NCBI GenBank assembly: GCA_965644295.1
Contig: CBFFRP010000405.1
Location: forward strand, 1-64,000
Length of the DNA stretch: 64,000 bases
Source of the DNA: Paraphysomonas bandaiensis
Lineage: Eukaryota; Protista; Chrysophyceae
Reading direction: 5' to 3'
The number at the start of each line of letters is the position of its first letter. The stretch's first letter is position 1. The position numbers were made by a program, and so were the translations under genes. Positions 36,865 through 51,009 of the stretch are shown one piece after another. The notes beneath the pieces were generated by a model. That model made no database searches, was not told where the DNA came from, and saw nothing but the letters and a program-made list of their open reading frames with translations.

Positions 36865-37386
36865 CTATGCGTCATCTTCAGCTTCATCATCATCTGTTTC
36901 AAATCCAAAATCAATGGTAATATTTCTAGCTTTCTTTGCAACGTTGTCTTCAGGGTTGGCCTGGTCCGGTGCAGGCCTTTTTTCTACTTCCACTGGTGGT
37001 GATTTATCAACAGCTCTATGTGTAACTAGGGGAATTTGGGCAGCCATCACAAGCTCCTCATTAATCATACTACTTAATTCACCTCCTGATGAATCGAAAC
37101 TAACTATATCCAGCCGCGTGCTACCCAATCTCCCCTTCCTCATATTTTCGAGTTGCGGTGCAGGAGGGTATCCCGATAGGAGGGGCATGCCAGGACGATA
37201 ATCCTTAGGTGCATAGATCGTATTAGATATAAGATCACCCAGGCTAATCACAGCTTTGTAATCTACTCTATCGCGAATTTCAACGACACTTTTCGATTGT
37301 CTGACAGCTGAACGGATTGTCTTTTTTATGGAAAGCAACTTCAGAACTCGGTCCCTGACGTCAAGATTTTGCATTTTAACGCTCAT
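36865..37386 (-). CDS. MED4: Mediator subunit 4-like
   Basis: VDYKAVISLGDLISNT..APKDYRPG...YPPAPQLENMRKGRL plus an acidic C-terminus matches the Med4 pattern (P-P-x-P...MR-x-G-x-L). Confidence 0.65.
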   Translation of the reverse strand: MSVKMQNLDVRDRVLKLLSIKKTIRSAVRQSKSVVEIRDRVDYKAVISLGDLISNTIYAPKDYRPGMPLLSGYPPAPQLENMRKGRLGSTRLDIVSFDSSGGELSSMINEELVMAAQIPLVTHRAVDKSPPVEVEKRPAPDQANPEDNVAKKARNITIDFGFETDDDEAEDDA

Positions 37387-37638
37387 TTAATTTTATATTT
37401 CGAGAGTATATCCAAAGACGAATATTTCAGATGGGACTTAAGTAGAATCGTATGCATATGCATACATACTGTGAGCAGTGTACAGTAGTATTCCAGTGTA
37501 CTACGTACAGTATACCACCAAACAGCAGTGTTGATCGGGGTGAGGCACATGGATTGTTGAAATGCGGCTGTAGTTCCTACTCTTCGTGCTGTCTGTCACT
37601 GATATGAACCAACAGCCTGGTCACGACCCTCTCATTGT

Positions 37639-38681
37639 ATGAGAAGAATTCGCTTTACCATCCCGAAGAGGAATAGACGCAGTGTCTCAGTGGCAATGAA
37701 TCCAGATTTCAGCACTTTAGTGTCCTACTTCAGCATAGATGTGAGCCGCTGTGAACACAAATCAATCGGAGTAGAACTATGCGACTTCGATGCAAACCTG
37801 CTTCATAAAGATATTGTTATTTCGCAATCGATAGCGAGTGCAATAGAGTGTGGGGTGAAGTGGTTTGTAGTTCCAGGAAGCGATTTAAATGACTCGAGAA
37901 ATGCTATGGATCTCTCTGCAAGCATGGACTGTGTTGTTGCTGCCACAGCTGGTGTGCATCCGTATAATACAGAAACTGTTATTCTTAATGAACAGTCAGT
38001 GTATGATCTAACTGAAATGTCAAAGAGGGAAGAATGCCTTGCAGTTGTACGTCAAATTGCCATTGATTGAAATGTCTTATGGCTCTGTTAGGGAGAGTGT
38101 GGCTTAGATTATTCTCCAGGATTTCCTGATAAGACTTACCAGCTTCCCTGGTTCAGGTGTTGCTGTAACGTTCCGCTGGCTTGGTGTTCTAAATAATATT
38201 CTACAGGGCCCAGGTGGACCTCGCTATTGCCTGCAAAAAGCCTCTATATCTTCATATTAGGAATGCCCATGAAGACTTTTTGCATGTGGTGAGAGAAAAG
38301 AGTGGAGGATCTGGTGCTCTTCCGGTCGCCTCAGTGGTCCACTGCTTCACCGGCACACTTTCAGAGCTGCAGGATTACGTTGATATGGGCTGCTATATTG
38401 GACTCACTGGCCATATAATGGGGATTGACGACGAAAATCTTAAGGCGATATTAGAGATTATTCCAACGGACAAATTAGTGATCGAGACAGATGCACCCTA
38501 TATGGGATTTAAAGGTTGTAGAGAAACAGAGAAAAGTAAGCGTGGAAGTAAGTATCCTAACGTTCCAGCTTCTTTAGTTAAGGTGCTCGCTCGGTTAGCA
38601 GACTTTTCAGGTATTTCATATGATGAATTAGGTAGACTTACCACAACGAATTGTTTTAAGTTTTTTGATATATCTAAGTAA
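37639..38681 (+). CDS. TatD-family DNase; two introns
   Basis: DFDANL, ATAGVHPY, AV|GECGLDYS, KPLYLHIRNAHED, VVHCFTG, LVIETDAPY, N.P. Confidence 0.93.
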
Positions 38682-38959
38682 TAGCGGCTTCGATTAATTA
38701 TTTTGATTCGCACTTTTACAAAATACATCGATGGGGAATATGTCCATAACACTAACAACGTCATCGGTTCGAACTAATTACTTCTGCATATATCTCGCAA
38801 TTGACCCACCAAACCGATTCGCTATGTACTGTACTTACGCAGACACGAGAAGAATTTTATAAAAGTTATTGTGAGAGACATTTAACTCAACTTCACTAGC
38901 TATAGGGATATACACTGCGGTACGTAGCGCTACGACACCACTTCCATAAATTATTAACT

Positions 38960-39668
38960 TCACGACGCTGCTGCTTCATCTTGTTCCGCTTGCTCTTCAG
39001 GAGATGCTTCAGTACTCACACGACAGTTTGCAATGATCCAATCTCTCTCCGCATCATCTACTGGTCGCAAAGGGTCATTGGTAGTGTACGACATGATTGA
39101 ATTTTCCTTGGGGTCGTAGTATCCTGTGCGAATGTCGTAGCAACCTGGAGGCAAGCGCGGAGGGTCGGGATTAGCTGTAGTGTATAGTAACTCACCACCC
39201 ACTTCAACCCCTGTATTTATGAAGAACACACAATTACTATAAAACATACAGCAGTATGTCGTGATACATACCCTTCTCTATTTCAGCCTGAAATCTGGGA
39301 TCTTCTTCTGTGCAGTAGGTCCATTCATCGCCAGCCTCATACTCTAAGCCATCCGAGAAATAAAACTTGCCTTCAACCATTTTACCATACTCCCATTCTC
39401 CCTTAAAATAACCTCCTTTGACATACAGAGTTCCTTCTCCATGGAACAACCCCTCCAAGAAGTTGCCAATATATTTCCCACCTAAACGACATGGCTACAG
39501 CGTGAGACGTATGCGTCATAAAGAGTACAGTTCTCACCGTGCGCAGAATCATAATTACCATGCCCATCAAAGCGACTGCCAACTAATCCACCTTTGTGCT
39601 GCGAAATCAGCAGGCATTAGTTTATATAATTTCCAGGAAATCAAGATAACATACTTTGCAGATGTCAT
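38960..39668 (-). CDS. MORN5: MORN-repeat protein 5-like (flagellar); multi-exon
   Basis: MORN repeats (YIGNFLEGLFHGEGTLY, FKGEWEYGK) are followed by FSDGLEY...WTYC..DPRF..E and LPPGCYD...GYYDP...RDWIIANCR. Confidence 0.85.
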
Positions 39669-40287
39669 TCATTTTCTTCTCTTACAGAACACTAGCACGA
39701 ACACAGCTCAGGGCAATGGGTTTGCGGACAATATTTCACAGATGATGCTTTGTTCTTTGTACACGCAGTTATATCAATCTGTTTATATTTCAATGGCTAA
39801 TGATATCTGACTGTATGGATGATGCATGTACTGATGGGTATCAAACTGTTACACAGCACACTCTGCATAAGTGCCGCATTATTGATGTATACGACTGAAT
39901 ACAGTGCTGGAGATGAGCGTTTCTACACCAATGTGCTGTTAGATGTCGGATCTGATTGGCTGTTTATTGTATTGATGTTTGGTGGTGCTGCTGTGTATAC
40001 ATATACGCACTGCTGTACAGTGTACAAACGGTTTCGTTTTTTCTGCGCGTGATAGTCGCTGAACTCCTCGCGCATTGATGTGGACATGCTGTCAGGACAT
40101 GCATATCATATGAACATCTCACGCAGCTGTAGCTATTTCATACCATACTCACGATACTCTATATTAAGGTCAAGTAAATATGACAATCTATAGAGAGTAC
40201 AGTGTATAGTGATATATTTCTTCCGTCCGGATTCTTCTTTTGTTTCGTCGCACTTTTCAACAGTTTTTAGTACAAAAGAAATTAAGA

Positions 40288-41133
40288 ATGAATGACTTTA
40301 TCAGCCACCAAGGAAACACAATATCATTAGGAAATAAGAATAGAAGTGTACCCACATCAGAATATCAACGTGCGGATTTTCTTCGTCATAATGATGGACC
40401 GAAACCGACAGACCACAAGTATGGCACTCTAACCCGTCCTCGCCAGATGTATAGTCCTTCGAAACGACCAGCGACTGCCATAGAAAACCCGAGAGCCTCT
40501 GAAAATCTACAGTATCAGCATACCGTAGAAGCAAAAAAGCAGACACTGGCTAAATGCCGTTCGGAGGAAATGCTGAGAAGGAGTCACAGAACAGGGTTTA
40601 ATGTGATAACTGGCGAAATTGTTGGGTCAGGACCGAAAGAGCAACGACTTCACACAAGACATATTCGTGATGGCCTTGGCCCGGAGTCACATTCGCGTGG
40701 AATGCAAGTAATGCGTGACTCGAGTAGTCGGTACTTTACGCCGCATTTTAGTGGGGACGCTCACCACAAACGGCAAGAGAGATTAGTAACCGAAGGGCTT
40801 TCTCACCCCAAGATGGCAGGAGTTATAAATATAGGAAAGGGTGAAGCCCCTTCTTACGGTTTGGAAGATCAGTTTAGTCGTTCGCAATATATACAGCACA
40901 AAGCACCATTGAAAGGTCTGCATTGTAATTTATCACTTCTCCTTCTCATTGTAATTTAGGTCTTGTTGAGAGACGAGTTGCTGGGGCATACAGCCCAAGA
41001 AAGCAAAATGCCAATGAAAATCCATCGGCGAACACGAACGTAAGAACTTTACGTAAACGTTTTTTCACATAAAGTATTTATTTAGGTGAGAGGCAAGTGG
41101 ACAACTGGCGTTCATATTGGCAACCTCGGTTGA
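40288..41133 (+). CDS. Uncharacterised basic protein, possibly ciliary; multi-exon
   Basis: Long ORF 40240..40959 plus two short GT-AG-bounded exons ending at TGA 41131-41133. Contains a GFNVITGE motif of the kind seen in axonemal proteins (weak evidence). Confidence 0.6.
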
Positions 41134-42524
41134 TTGCGTCGAAGTTCAATGTATTTGTGTATTTTAGTGCGTGAGACCAGCTTTCGAATCAGTAGATTTT
41201 GAATGATTTTGTGACCTTACTTCGCAATAGAGAATATTTATATAAGTAATGCTCGGACCTACGTAGATATTATTATATTATTTATTGGGTGTTTTTCGCT
41301 GACGTTTAAATTTCATAGTTTAACCTATTGTCATAGCGCAACCTTTATGTGACAAGGTCGAATGTCCTCAAAACGCAAATAGATAATAGAATCTTAACAT
41401 ACTTGGTATATAACATAACTGGTGGTGAAAAATGCATAGGTTATAGGGACACGAGACACTACTTAAGGAGATTAGTAAACGTTGTAAAGTAGATCGTAGC
41501 TATACTGAAATACCACGACAGTCAAAGACTGAAAATTTAAATTGGTGATAGCTAGTGAAGCCAGATGATATAAAGTGTTGTACATTGAGTTCTGTTCTAT
41601 TTTTAGAGTACTGATAATTACTTCGAGTGGTCATCACGTCAAATCTTGACATACATCAGTGCTAAAACACAATACCGACTTGTAATAAAGACTTATTTTT
41701 TGTCAAACACAAGCATTTCAGACCACAAACTTAAACAACACGGCCTTATTATAAGGTCAATGCCCTGATATAAATTAAAGTAATTAAAGCTAAAGGCACT
41801 CTTTAGGTTATATATCCAATTTCGCATACTGGCTTCGTAGAGAAGCAGGTATTTGGTCAGGTGTAGAAAAAAATATTAAACGATTTAATATTGATTGATA
41901 CAATAAGTAACGATACCAAGTCATTTCTCTATTGTTGTGACTACCAGATTACTTACTGGGGCATAAAATCATTTACTCAAATCACTATATAAGTCATTTA
42001 TATATATTGTAGGGATTTACAGCAGTAATAACGACTATGTTTCATTTCCAGTGGAGGGAGATTGCCGTCTTTTCCCTTACCACTGCTTTCGAAACACTTC
42101 TTTTACATCGTCAAGACATGTACATTCAAACATCTATATACGTCACAGCACATTGATGCTGCATATATTCATCACATGGCACCACCATACGATACGAGTT
42201 CCAATCGAATTTATCCAAATATGATATGTTCCAATCATATGGTGTGGTGTATAGGACATTGATGTCTAGATCTGGATATGATGATATGATGCATTGATGT
42301 ACAACGTACAGCAGTATGGAGGGATATGGTGGGTGTTTGTGGACTCATAAAACTGTTTCAGTTTACAGACGCTTCAAGATTTGGATTATAGAAGAGACGG
42401 CGTCCTGTTTTCCCCAAGATTCTCCTCAATAGACCACAACTTTGAACCTCGTTTCAATATCACTCAAGCCGACTTAACACTCATCACAATTATAGATACG
42501 GTGAAGGAGAATTTATTGATACAA

Positions 42525-45500
42525 ATGGAATCGGGTCTAAGTAAGGATACAGTGTACGGAGGTATAAGAAAGCGAAAACGGGAAGAAAGTAACGTATCTA
42601 GAAAGAGAGCACAGGCTAATATCCGCAGTAGTAGAGGTATCTCTCGCAGCTATTGTATCGCGTATCTTATGTTTTCGAGCGACAGATAATCAGAAAAATA
42701 TAAAAGTTTCTTCTTCTTCTTCTCTTTCTACAAATCAAAACTCTACCAGTAACAATGTGGACGAGTATATGTCCGACCATGCTGATTACATGGATTTGAT
42801 ATCTGCTGTACGAAAGGGACTAAAAGAAACATCTCAATTGCCTTTGGGAGACTTTACTACTCATAGATATATAGGATCTTTAGTCAAGTTATACTCCAGT
42901 GATGATGACAAGTGGTATTGTGGACGCGCGTTGGTGTATAACCCAACTACGAAGCTTTATTTCGTGTATTTCGAAAGAAATGGTAGAACTAATTGGTTGG
43001 ACATAGCCCCGAACAGCGATACTGCCGCACTACTTGTGGAAGAATATGTTAACCATAATAACTTGCCAGCTCAAAAATTTATAGGGACTGATAAGGGAGT
43101 AAACATGATGTGTAGGAATATGACAGGTGTTCTTGCAAATAGATCCAGTCATTGTTTTCAATTCCAATGCAGGTGTCTATACAGAATACTTCTCCCTGTC
43201 AAATGGTGAAACACCGGAATATGTGATCGCAAACGAATCAGATCTCAAAACACTGGCTGACAACTGGCCACAGAAAGCCAACACGAAATGTGCAGCATCA
43301 TGCCAACTTGCGAGAGAAACACTGATGGAAATAGCACGCATCCGACAGGTAATATCCCTTACTAGTTGTATAGTGAAAGTCCATTTTTATTAAGTGTATG
43401 ACATGCACGGGTGTAGGTTGTTCAGGAAGAATGCAAAAGCTGTATGATGGACGTGGCCAAGGGTTATGACTGGATTGGAACCAAAGTCCGAGTGGAATCG
43501 GTTCATGTGAGTCACTCAAGTGGGCTATCCTCTGAAGGAAAGAATGCCCTCAAGAAACATGACACACAAACTGATACCTCTGTGGTGAAATATTTTGGTA
43601 GAATTGTTGATTACTGCCCTAGTATAGACAAGCACTTCGTTGTGTTTGAGGAAGAGTGTATTTCCCCCAAATGGGTCTCGATGACTTCCCTTCCGACTGC
43701 TGATGATACGAAAAAAGTAGAAGTGATTCTCGACTGGGCATTCGAAGCAGTCGAACAACTTGGAAGTATTGCCAAGGCAGAGAAGGTGGACGCTAGTTGT
43801 AATGGAAAACCTTCCTCCCGCTCTTGCACGAGGAAGAGCAGAAGCTGCAGGCAAGGAAAAAAATCAGATGAGGGAAATGAAGTGTGTGGCTTGTGTAAAC
43901 GCGGGGTGGTAATGGGAGTACACGATATGATTACGTGCTCGAAGTGTTTCTCGCAATCTTACCACAGACACTGTATGCCTGATCCCGATACGCAGCTATC
44001 GGATAACAATGAGTGGAGCTGCTGGCGTTGCGTATGTAAGCTGATTTCTGTACAATGTGTGGCGTTATTTGCATATTTCAGATGACTTTAAGATGTTAAC
44101 ACTTTATCATTAGTATCTACTAACCTCTTACGAGCACAGGTTGTCAGGGATGTGGGGCTTCATCATGGCTATCCCCTGTCGAGTCAATTTCACTTAGAGA
44201 GGTCTTAAACGTCGCCACTGCACCGGCAGATAGCGTTACCTTTTGTCGCCAGTGTATTGATGCTTACCGCACGGGAAGTCGTGGATATTGTCGAATATGT
44301 TATCGGTTCTATGGTCTTCAGTTAGATCAACAAGTTCATCCCCTTTCTCCGTTGGCATCATCTGGAAGTCTCGTGTACAAGGGCAATAACAATGTTGAGG
44401 ATGACGGCAGAATGGTATGTCAATGCAACGAATATGCACCCTTCATGCGAAAGTTTTCCTTTGTGAAGATATTATGTGTATGATATTGCTATAATTGCTG
44501 CTGTTAATAAGTTGTTGTAGATGCAATGCAACGGGTGCCAGAACTGGATTCACTCTTCGTGTGAGGGGATCGATGATGCGCAATATGAGTCAATAACCAA
44601 CGGTACTCATCCTGTGTGGGGAGTGGAGTATCTCTGTCCAAAATGTAGGATTGAAGTTATACTATCCGCAATAGAATCTCTCGAAAGCGGTGACAAAACT
44701 GGGAGATTTAAAGAACCCGTAAATACTGAGGTTACAAAACTGTGTGACGTTCCTGTAAACCTACATGCACTGCGAAGTAAAGCACGCATAGGAAAGTATA
44801 TGTCCCTTCAGGCACTTCGCGAAGACTTTGAGCTCATGTGTCTGAACACAGCGTCGTTAATAAGATGTAAGGGTGAGAGCGTCCAGGAGGCAGTTGACTT
44901 TTTTGACTATAGCACGATGGTTTTTCAGGGGCTCAGTCATGCTACTCACATGACAACATATGGAATGGAATTCTCGGATAATATAAAGCCCCTAATTATG
45001 AAAGAGCTGTCTAAAGACATGGCCACGTCAAATATTTGCAGAAATCTTCCACAATCTTCCAAGATTCAGAAACAATCAGGGCGACAAGTTGATACAGATG
45101 AATCGTGTAAGAATTTTCCATCGGCAGTTGTGAGTACTGAGAACATTATTTCAACCGGCGAAGAAACCGGGATTGTGACACGAAAGAGATCTGGTGCCAC
45201 AGCGACGGGTATATCCTATGCTGAACTCTCCGATTCTTGCTCTATAGACAGACAAAAGAGGGAAGCAATCGCGGCTAATGCGGATGTAAAAGAATCGACA
45301 GTACAGGAACTTCCGAAGCACGTAACATGCCTTCCTGGACCTCGAAATGCGTTGGTGTTTGAAGAACAGTTGCTTGCCCCGGAAATGGCTATGTTTGAAT
45401 GCTGCAGGGAAGCATGTGCGGTGTGTGCATCTTCCGGATCGCCTCAGTACTTCATATTCTGTTCGGATTGTGGCGAATGTTTTCATTCCTTCTGTGTAGA

Positions 45501-48500
45501 TGCCCCTTTTTCCCTTATGCAGAATCAGGCCCATGGGGCTTACGAATTGCTTTCTGATTCGACTGATTGTTTTCAATCGGCACTGGAGCGGTGGAAGTGC
45601 TTAAATTGTTGTGCTGTGTGTACAGTGTGTGAGAAACATAGGCCGAATCAAGCTGCTGTATTCTGCAGTGTCTGCGAGAATATGTATCACGCACGATGTG
45701 TTTCCCCGTCTCTGGTGGAATCAATTCGATCCTGGGTTTGCTCCGAGTGTAGTGCAGCTCAATGCTCTCCTTGTAGAGCTTTTCGTGCTCAAGACGTAAA
45801 ACGACTCCCTCTAGATCGGCTCGTTGGTGCTGTTTATTTTAAGCAACACAAAAAAATATGGGGAGTGGGAGACAAATGCTTAAGATGCATCTGTGCGGCA
45901 AATTATTTAGCACATGAGGAGCCGTTGGAGCGCTTGTTTCAGTTGAATATTAACTGTGTGGTATGTAATGCTAGTTGCGGTGAAGAGATATCGGCGCGCA
46001 GGCAGTGCATATCGTGCTTACGCTATGTCCATACAGTATGCTGCGACTACGACGATGGAATGGACTTCGATACTGACACGATATGTGGAGAGTATATATG
46101 TCCCACTTGTGCAATCAGTGAGTTGGCATGCAGTCCAAATCTCAACAGCTCTATCAAGAGCGCTCAGCTGCCTGACATTTATAAGCAAGTGGCCTTAATT
46201 CGGCGCAATCAATTGCAGGCATGGCATAATGGCAACAGAGGGACGCACAACAGCAGTGATTCGATGACCCCTTTCTCCCGAGCTCACATGGCAATTGTGA
46301 TGTGGGCCGCCGAAAGGTACGTGGGTCTCAGTCAGTCAAGAGACCTCCCGCGTTTCAAAGATAAGACAATCCCCCAGTTTATGGATGTCACCGCAAGAGA
46401 TTATCGACGACACAGTGTTCGTGCGAGGCAGTTTCTCCGCATGTGTCGTCCCAGTGTATCTCGCACTCTCGAGCAGAACAAGGCCCGTCTCGTATCGCTT
46501 CTCTCAGGTTGTATATAACTCGCTGTCATGCATATCCTTATAATTCATTAAACTGTGTTGAAATTGTCCGCAGGTGGGTTATTTACGGAGAGTAATGTGA
46601 TGCGGCCACCAAGCGCTTTTTCAGCCCTCTGCAGAATGGCAGCCTCTTTTATTGCAGTTACCGATATTGAATGGCGTTCCATTAACAAGCAAGGAGGCAA
46701 GGATATATTTATCAAGAGCTTTCACTATCGCTTTCCGCCTGATAGAGCGGTGGATCTTGTTATTCAGGAATTCATGGGGAACGCAATGCCGGATAACCTC
46801 TCGAAGCCTAGAGCTATGCAAAAGATACATGTATGATATTTTTTCTGTCTTGGTGAAGGACTTTTATATGTTTTTTAGACAACATGGGATTCGTTACTTT
46901 CTTCTTCAGACAAAGTCTTGAGTGTGGAATCTGTTCCTGAGCCAGACTCTAAATTACATCAGACAACGTCTTTGGTGTACGGAATCGATGCATCTCAGTA
47001 TTGTAGAAGTTTTCGGGGGAAAATGCTAATCTGTATGTGTGATACAGTATCCCAGTATGACACAGGGAGTCGAAGGGATTGGAATACTTTGCAACAACTT
47101 GCAAAGAGATCTAGAACTATAAAATTAGGGAAAGTGAAGAGAAAAGGACTGCCAGGTGTAGGTGATATAGATTATAGTAACGGTTCCACTGAGATTGGAG
47201 AGTCAGTCAGTGATATTGAGAGTGGTGAACGACAAACGCTCAAAGCTTGTGGCTGGAAGTCGAGCTTAGAGGATTCAACACGTAGGGTGCTTTTGAACTC
47301 AAATTCTGATCCTATCGATAGGCTTCTTGAACAGGCGATTAAAATAGAAAATAAGAATAGTTGTGTATCCGTCGCTGTTAGTAGGAGTAAACCTTGTAGG
47401 ACCGATGCTGATTCTAAAAATAAATCTGTACAGCACAAATCAGAGCCGATTGACGTTGGGGATTTTGGGGACGTGGCTGCTGCAGAGATGTTATGTTTAC
47501 TCTCATCGTTGAAACCTTCTCCACTTTCTCCGGAATCTGGTTCTCATAGTTCAACGATTACACCTGCTCCTATTCAACAGAAGAAATCTAAAAAAGAAAC
47601 TTGTAGTGACAAGTCGACTTCTATTCGTGGGCGCAAAGGAACTACAACGAGTGAAAAGAACTCCAGTGGTGCTGGGGTTGATTCCACGATGGCTTTGAAG
47701 AAACAAAAGCGTCAGCTGAGGAGCTTGAGCAATTCTACCGTCAAATATTCTGGAAAATCTACTTCAAAACCCGTTGCCATATCTCCTGTTAATTCGGTTA
47801 CTAAATCGGCACCGAAAGCACCAATTGAAAAGTATTTTCCACTCGCCGATCACCTAATAAGCTCTCGGATGGAGCAAGAAGAGTCTCGCTTTTCCTATAA
47901 AGGATCACGTACGTATTCTGTGTCGTCATTTCAGCCCTCGTTGTTCAATGCCCATGACCCAACCGGAATGTCCTTTGCACCAACCGGGTGGGTCACTTCG
48001 TCCTGTAATCACGAACTCACTCAACGGGATCCAGGATCAAGTGCAGGGCTAACTTGGAGGCCGGTGGTCATATGTCTTTTTTGTAAAGATGTCAATGAGG
48101 ATGCCATAGTTGGTAGGCTGGTACCAATGCCCTCAGGCTCTCACTGGGCGCATGTTAATTGTATGCGGGTTTCTGCTGGAGTGTGTGAGACAAACGATGG
48201 ACATCTTGTAGGAGTCGAGGAAGCAGCGTTGCGGTTAGTATTTAACGCAATATGGACTCTTATTTTTAGCCTTTCTATATCTGACAGATGGAGTGATGTG
48301 AAGTGCACCTATTGTAATGTGAGTGGGGCGTCTATTATATGTGAACGACGTGGCTGTGAGAATCGATTTCATCTAAAGTGTTCTCTCGTTTGTGAATGTG
48401 CCTTTAAAGAGATGAAACAGGTAACTCAATTCTATTTCTACGAGTTTTGTTATATGTAAGCCTTTCAACTCTTCTATCTTCCAGACTATTGAACCTAATG

Positions 48501-50514
48501 ATCATGATGAGAGTGCAACTAAGTGGAATGCGAAGGTTGTGGTCAGCTGTTTTGCTCATAGGAAGTCAGGTCAGATTTCTATATTCAGCTTCATTTCATG
48601 ATATTGTTGGCAGATACCATGAAATCGCACTATGCGCTTGATTGTTTACGGAATCCCTTGAGGTGTTTGCACGTCAGAAGCGATGAAGAGAGCAGAGCAA
48701 CATTTCTTGACATGTGGAATTTGAAAGCTCAGTCCCTTAGAACAGGTACGACAGTACAGACACGATGCCACTGGTATAATGCTCTGTGTTCAGGCGCTTC
48801 TGCTTTGCGAGTGGGTGCTCTAACGATACACCGTTTGGGTTTACTTAGTTTCGACTCACCTGGACATCACACTGCTGACTACATTTATCCCAAAGGATTT
48901 CAGTCAACGAGAATATATTGGTCTATGACTAATCCGAGGTGTAGAACACTTTACACCTTCGAGGTATCAGCTGCCTATACTTATAGCATCGCGGCGTAAT
49001 TATTACAACAGATTCAATCCGTTGAGTATGACGAGGTGAACCCGTTCCAGAAATTGATGTTTCCAGTTCCGAAGTTTGTTGTAGCTGTAGCCGATCAACC
49101 CGGAAAATTAATGACAACAAGGTGCGTTTCTGCGTGTGTTGCATACTTCTATGGGCTGTACAAAACCTTGTGGAGAATAGCAAGATTAATTGTTGCGCCT
49201 AGAATTTTGATAGTTAAAATATATAGGTCGATTGAGGAAATGTACCAGCGAATCATCAACGCGGTCTGGGAATGTAACAGAACTGGACCTCGCTTGGGTT
49301 TCGACACAAGGCTATCTAAATTAGAAACCCACCCTATCAGAACTATGTTTGGACATACTGCACAGCACTTTTTTGGCGTTGGAACTGATATTGTGCGTTA
49401 TTCAATGGAAATTCTACCTGAAGCATTAGCGGCTATTATGCCAATTTGCTTCTTCAGTGGCTGCTACCCTGCATGTGATACGATACCTCAGTACAAACCT
49501 CGATTCCACGTTCCTCGGAAGGTGGGTGACTTGACTCAAGAAATGCTGAAATTGTAAATATGAATTGCAGCCTCAGTTTAAGGAGGTTCTTCGGCGCCGC
49601 ACACAGCACAGGCTACAGACGGGTAAGAGTCTGCAAGGAAGCTATCGTGCCGAGGGATATGTCAGAGATAAAAGGCGATGTGAGTACAGCACCTACTTCA
49701 GTGAAGGCGAGAGTATTGGGACTGGGAAAGGGGGAAACATTGGAATAGCGGAGGCTACTGCGTATGATACAGACCCCATAGTTGACAGCAAAAAGAAACT
49801 ACGGTAAGTTTGTTACGTAACATGGAATATGCATCGTGTGTTCGTAGTGGCTCGTGTATCTGATATAAATTTGGATAGGTTGAGTAGCATGTACCGTGAG
49901 CTCTGTTGTACTTGTATCGATAGGACAACTGCGAAATTGGAGGTCCGACGTTCTGAGATCCACGGATGGGGACTTTTTGCTACCGATGGATTTCCAAAAG
50001 ACTCTATGGTAGTGGAGTTTCTAGGTGAGAAGATCAGGCAAGCTGTAGTGAATATGCGAGAAGAACAATATGAACGGGAAGGAATTGGAAGTCGGTATAT
50101 GTTCCGGATAGATGATGTCAACGTCATGGACGCCACAAGAATGGGTGGAATGGCCAGGTATCTATTTATCGCAGAGATTGAGTTAATTTTTTTATCTGTT
50201 CTTGTTTTAGGTTCATTAATCACAGTTGTGACCCAAATACATATGTACGAGTAATATCGGCTCGAGAACTGGATATGGACAGTACCGTATCCTCGACTAC
50301 TGGTGACTCCCTGCCTGCAAATTCTGTAGATGAATTCAATACTTCTCTAGGGCTATCAGATATAAACAGGAATCACGACAAGCATATAGTCGTATTTTCA
50401 GCTCGTACAATTCATCCCGGTGAAGAGATCACCTATAGCTACCAGTTTCGTGTTAGAGAAGCGAAATGTAAATGTTTTTGTGGAACCACAGTATGCAAGG
50501 GAACAATGAATTGA
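42525..50514 (+). CDS. MLL/trithorax-like histone H3K4 methyltransferase (multiple PHD, bromo-like, ePHD, FYRN/FYRC, SET, post-SET); multi-exon
   Basis: PHD fingers: QCNGCQNWIHSSCEG..YLCPKC and CAVC..CSDCGECFHSFC. ePHD: CLFC..GRL..WAHVNC..CTYC..GASIIC..FHLKC. FYRN: LRVGALTIHRLG..IYPKGFQSTRIYWS. FYRC: HFFG. SET: SEIHGWGLFA, YMFRID..DATRMGGMAR|FINHSCDPN, GEEITYSYQF. Post-SET: CFCGTTVCKGTMN. Confidence 0.92.
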
Positions 50515-51009
50515 CAAAGATATATACTTAGTAGTTGTGTGTACAAAACGATAATAGTAGATCACTCAGTGTAATTCAAAAGTTTTCTTATTTGGTGTGT
50601 ATTAGTAACAATATGTTGAGCGCATGATATCACTACATTTGATAAATATATTATTCAAGATAATAATAATAGTATTGATAAAGCGTATTATGTGGAGTTG
50701 GATGTGTATAGGTGTATATCGTAACCGTAGAGTTGAAATAGACAAGTCTACTAGCCGGGATGGCGTATATGGTGCCCTTTCGGATCGTGACCCACAATAC
50801 TGGACACATAGCGGAGCCCAGTTACCACACAAACCTCATTCTCTCCGAACTCACAACACTCCCCGACAGCAGGGCTGCGTATCAATTAATTGTCAATTTA
50901 TTGACGCAGGTTGTAGTCAATTATAATTGCAATTATTACTTGCCGTCTCAATTTCAATTGTTGCAATTAATTGCTATTATTTAATACTAGACTACATTAG
51001 CTGCCAATA

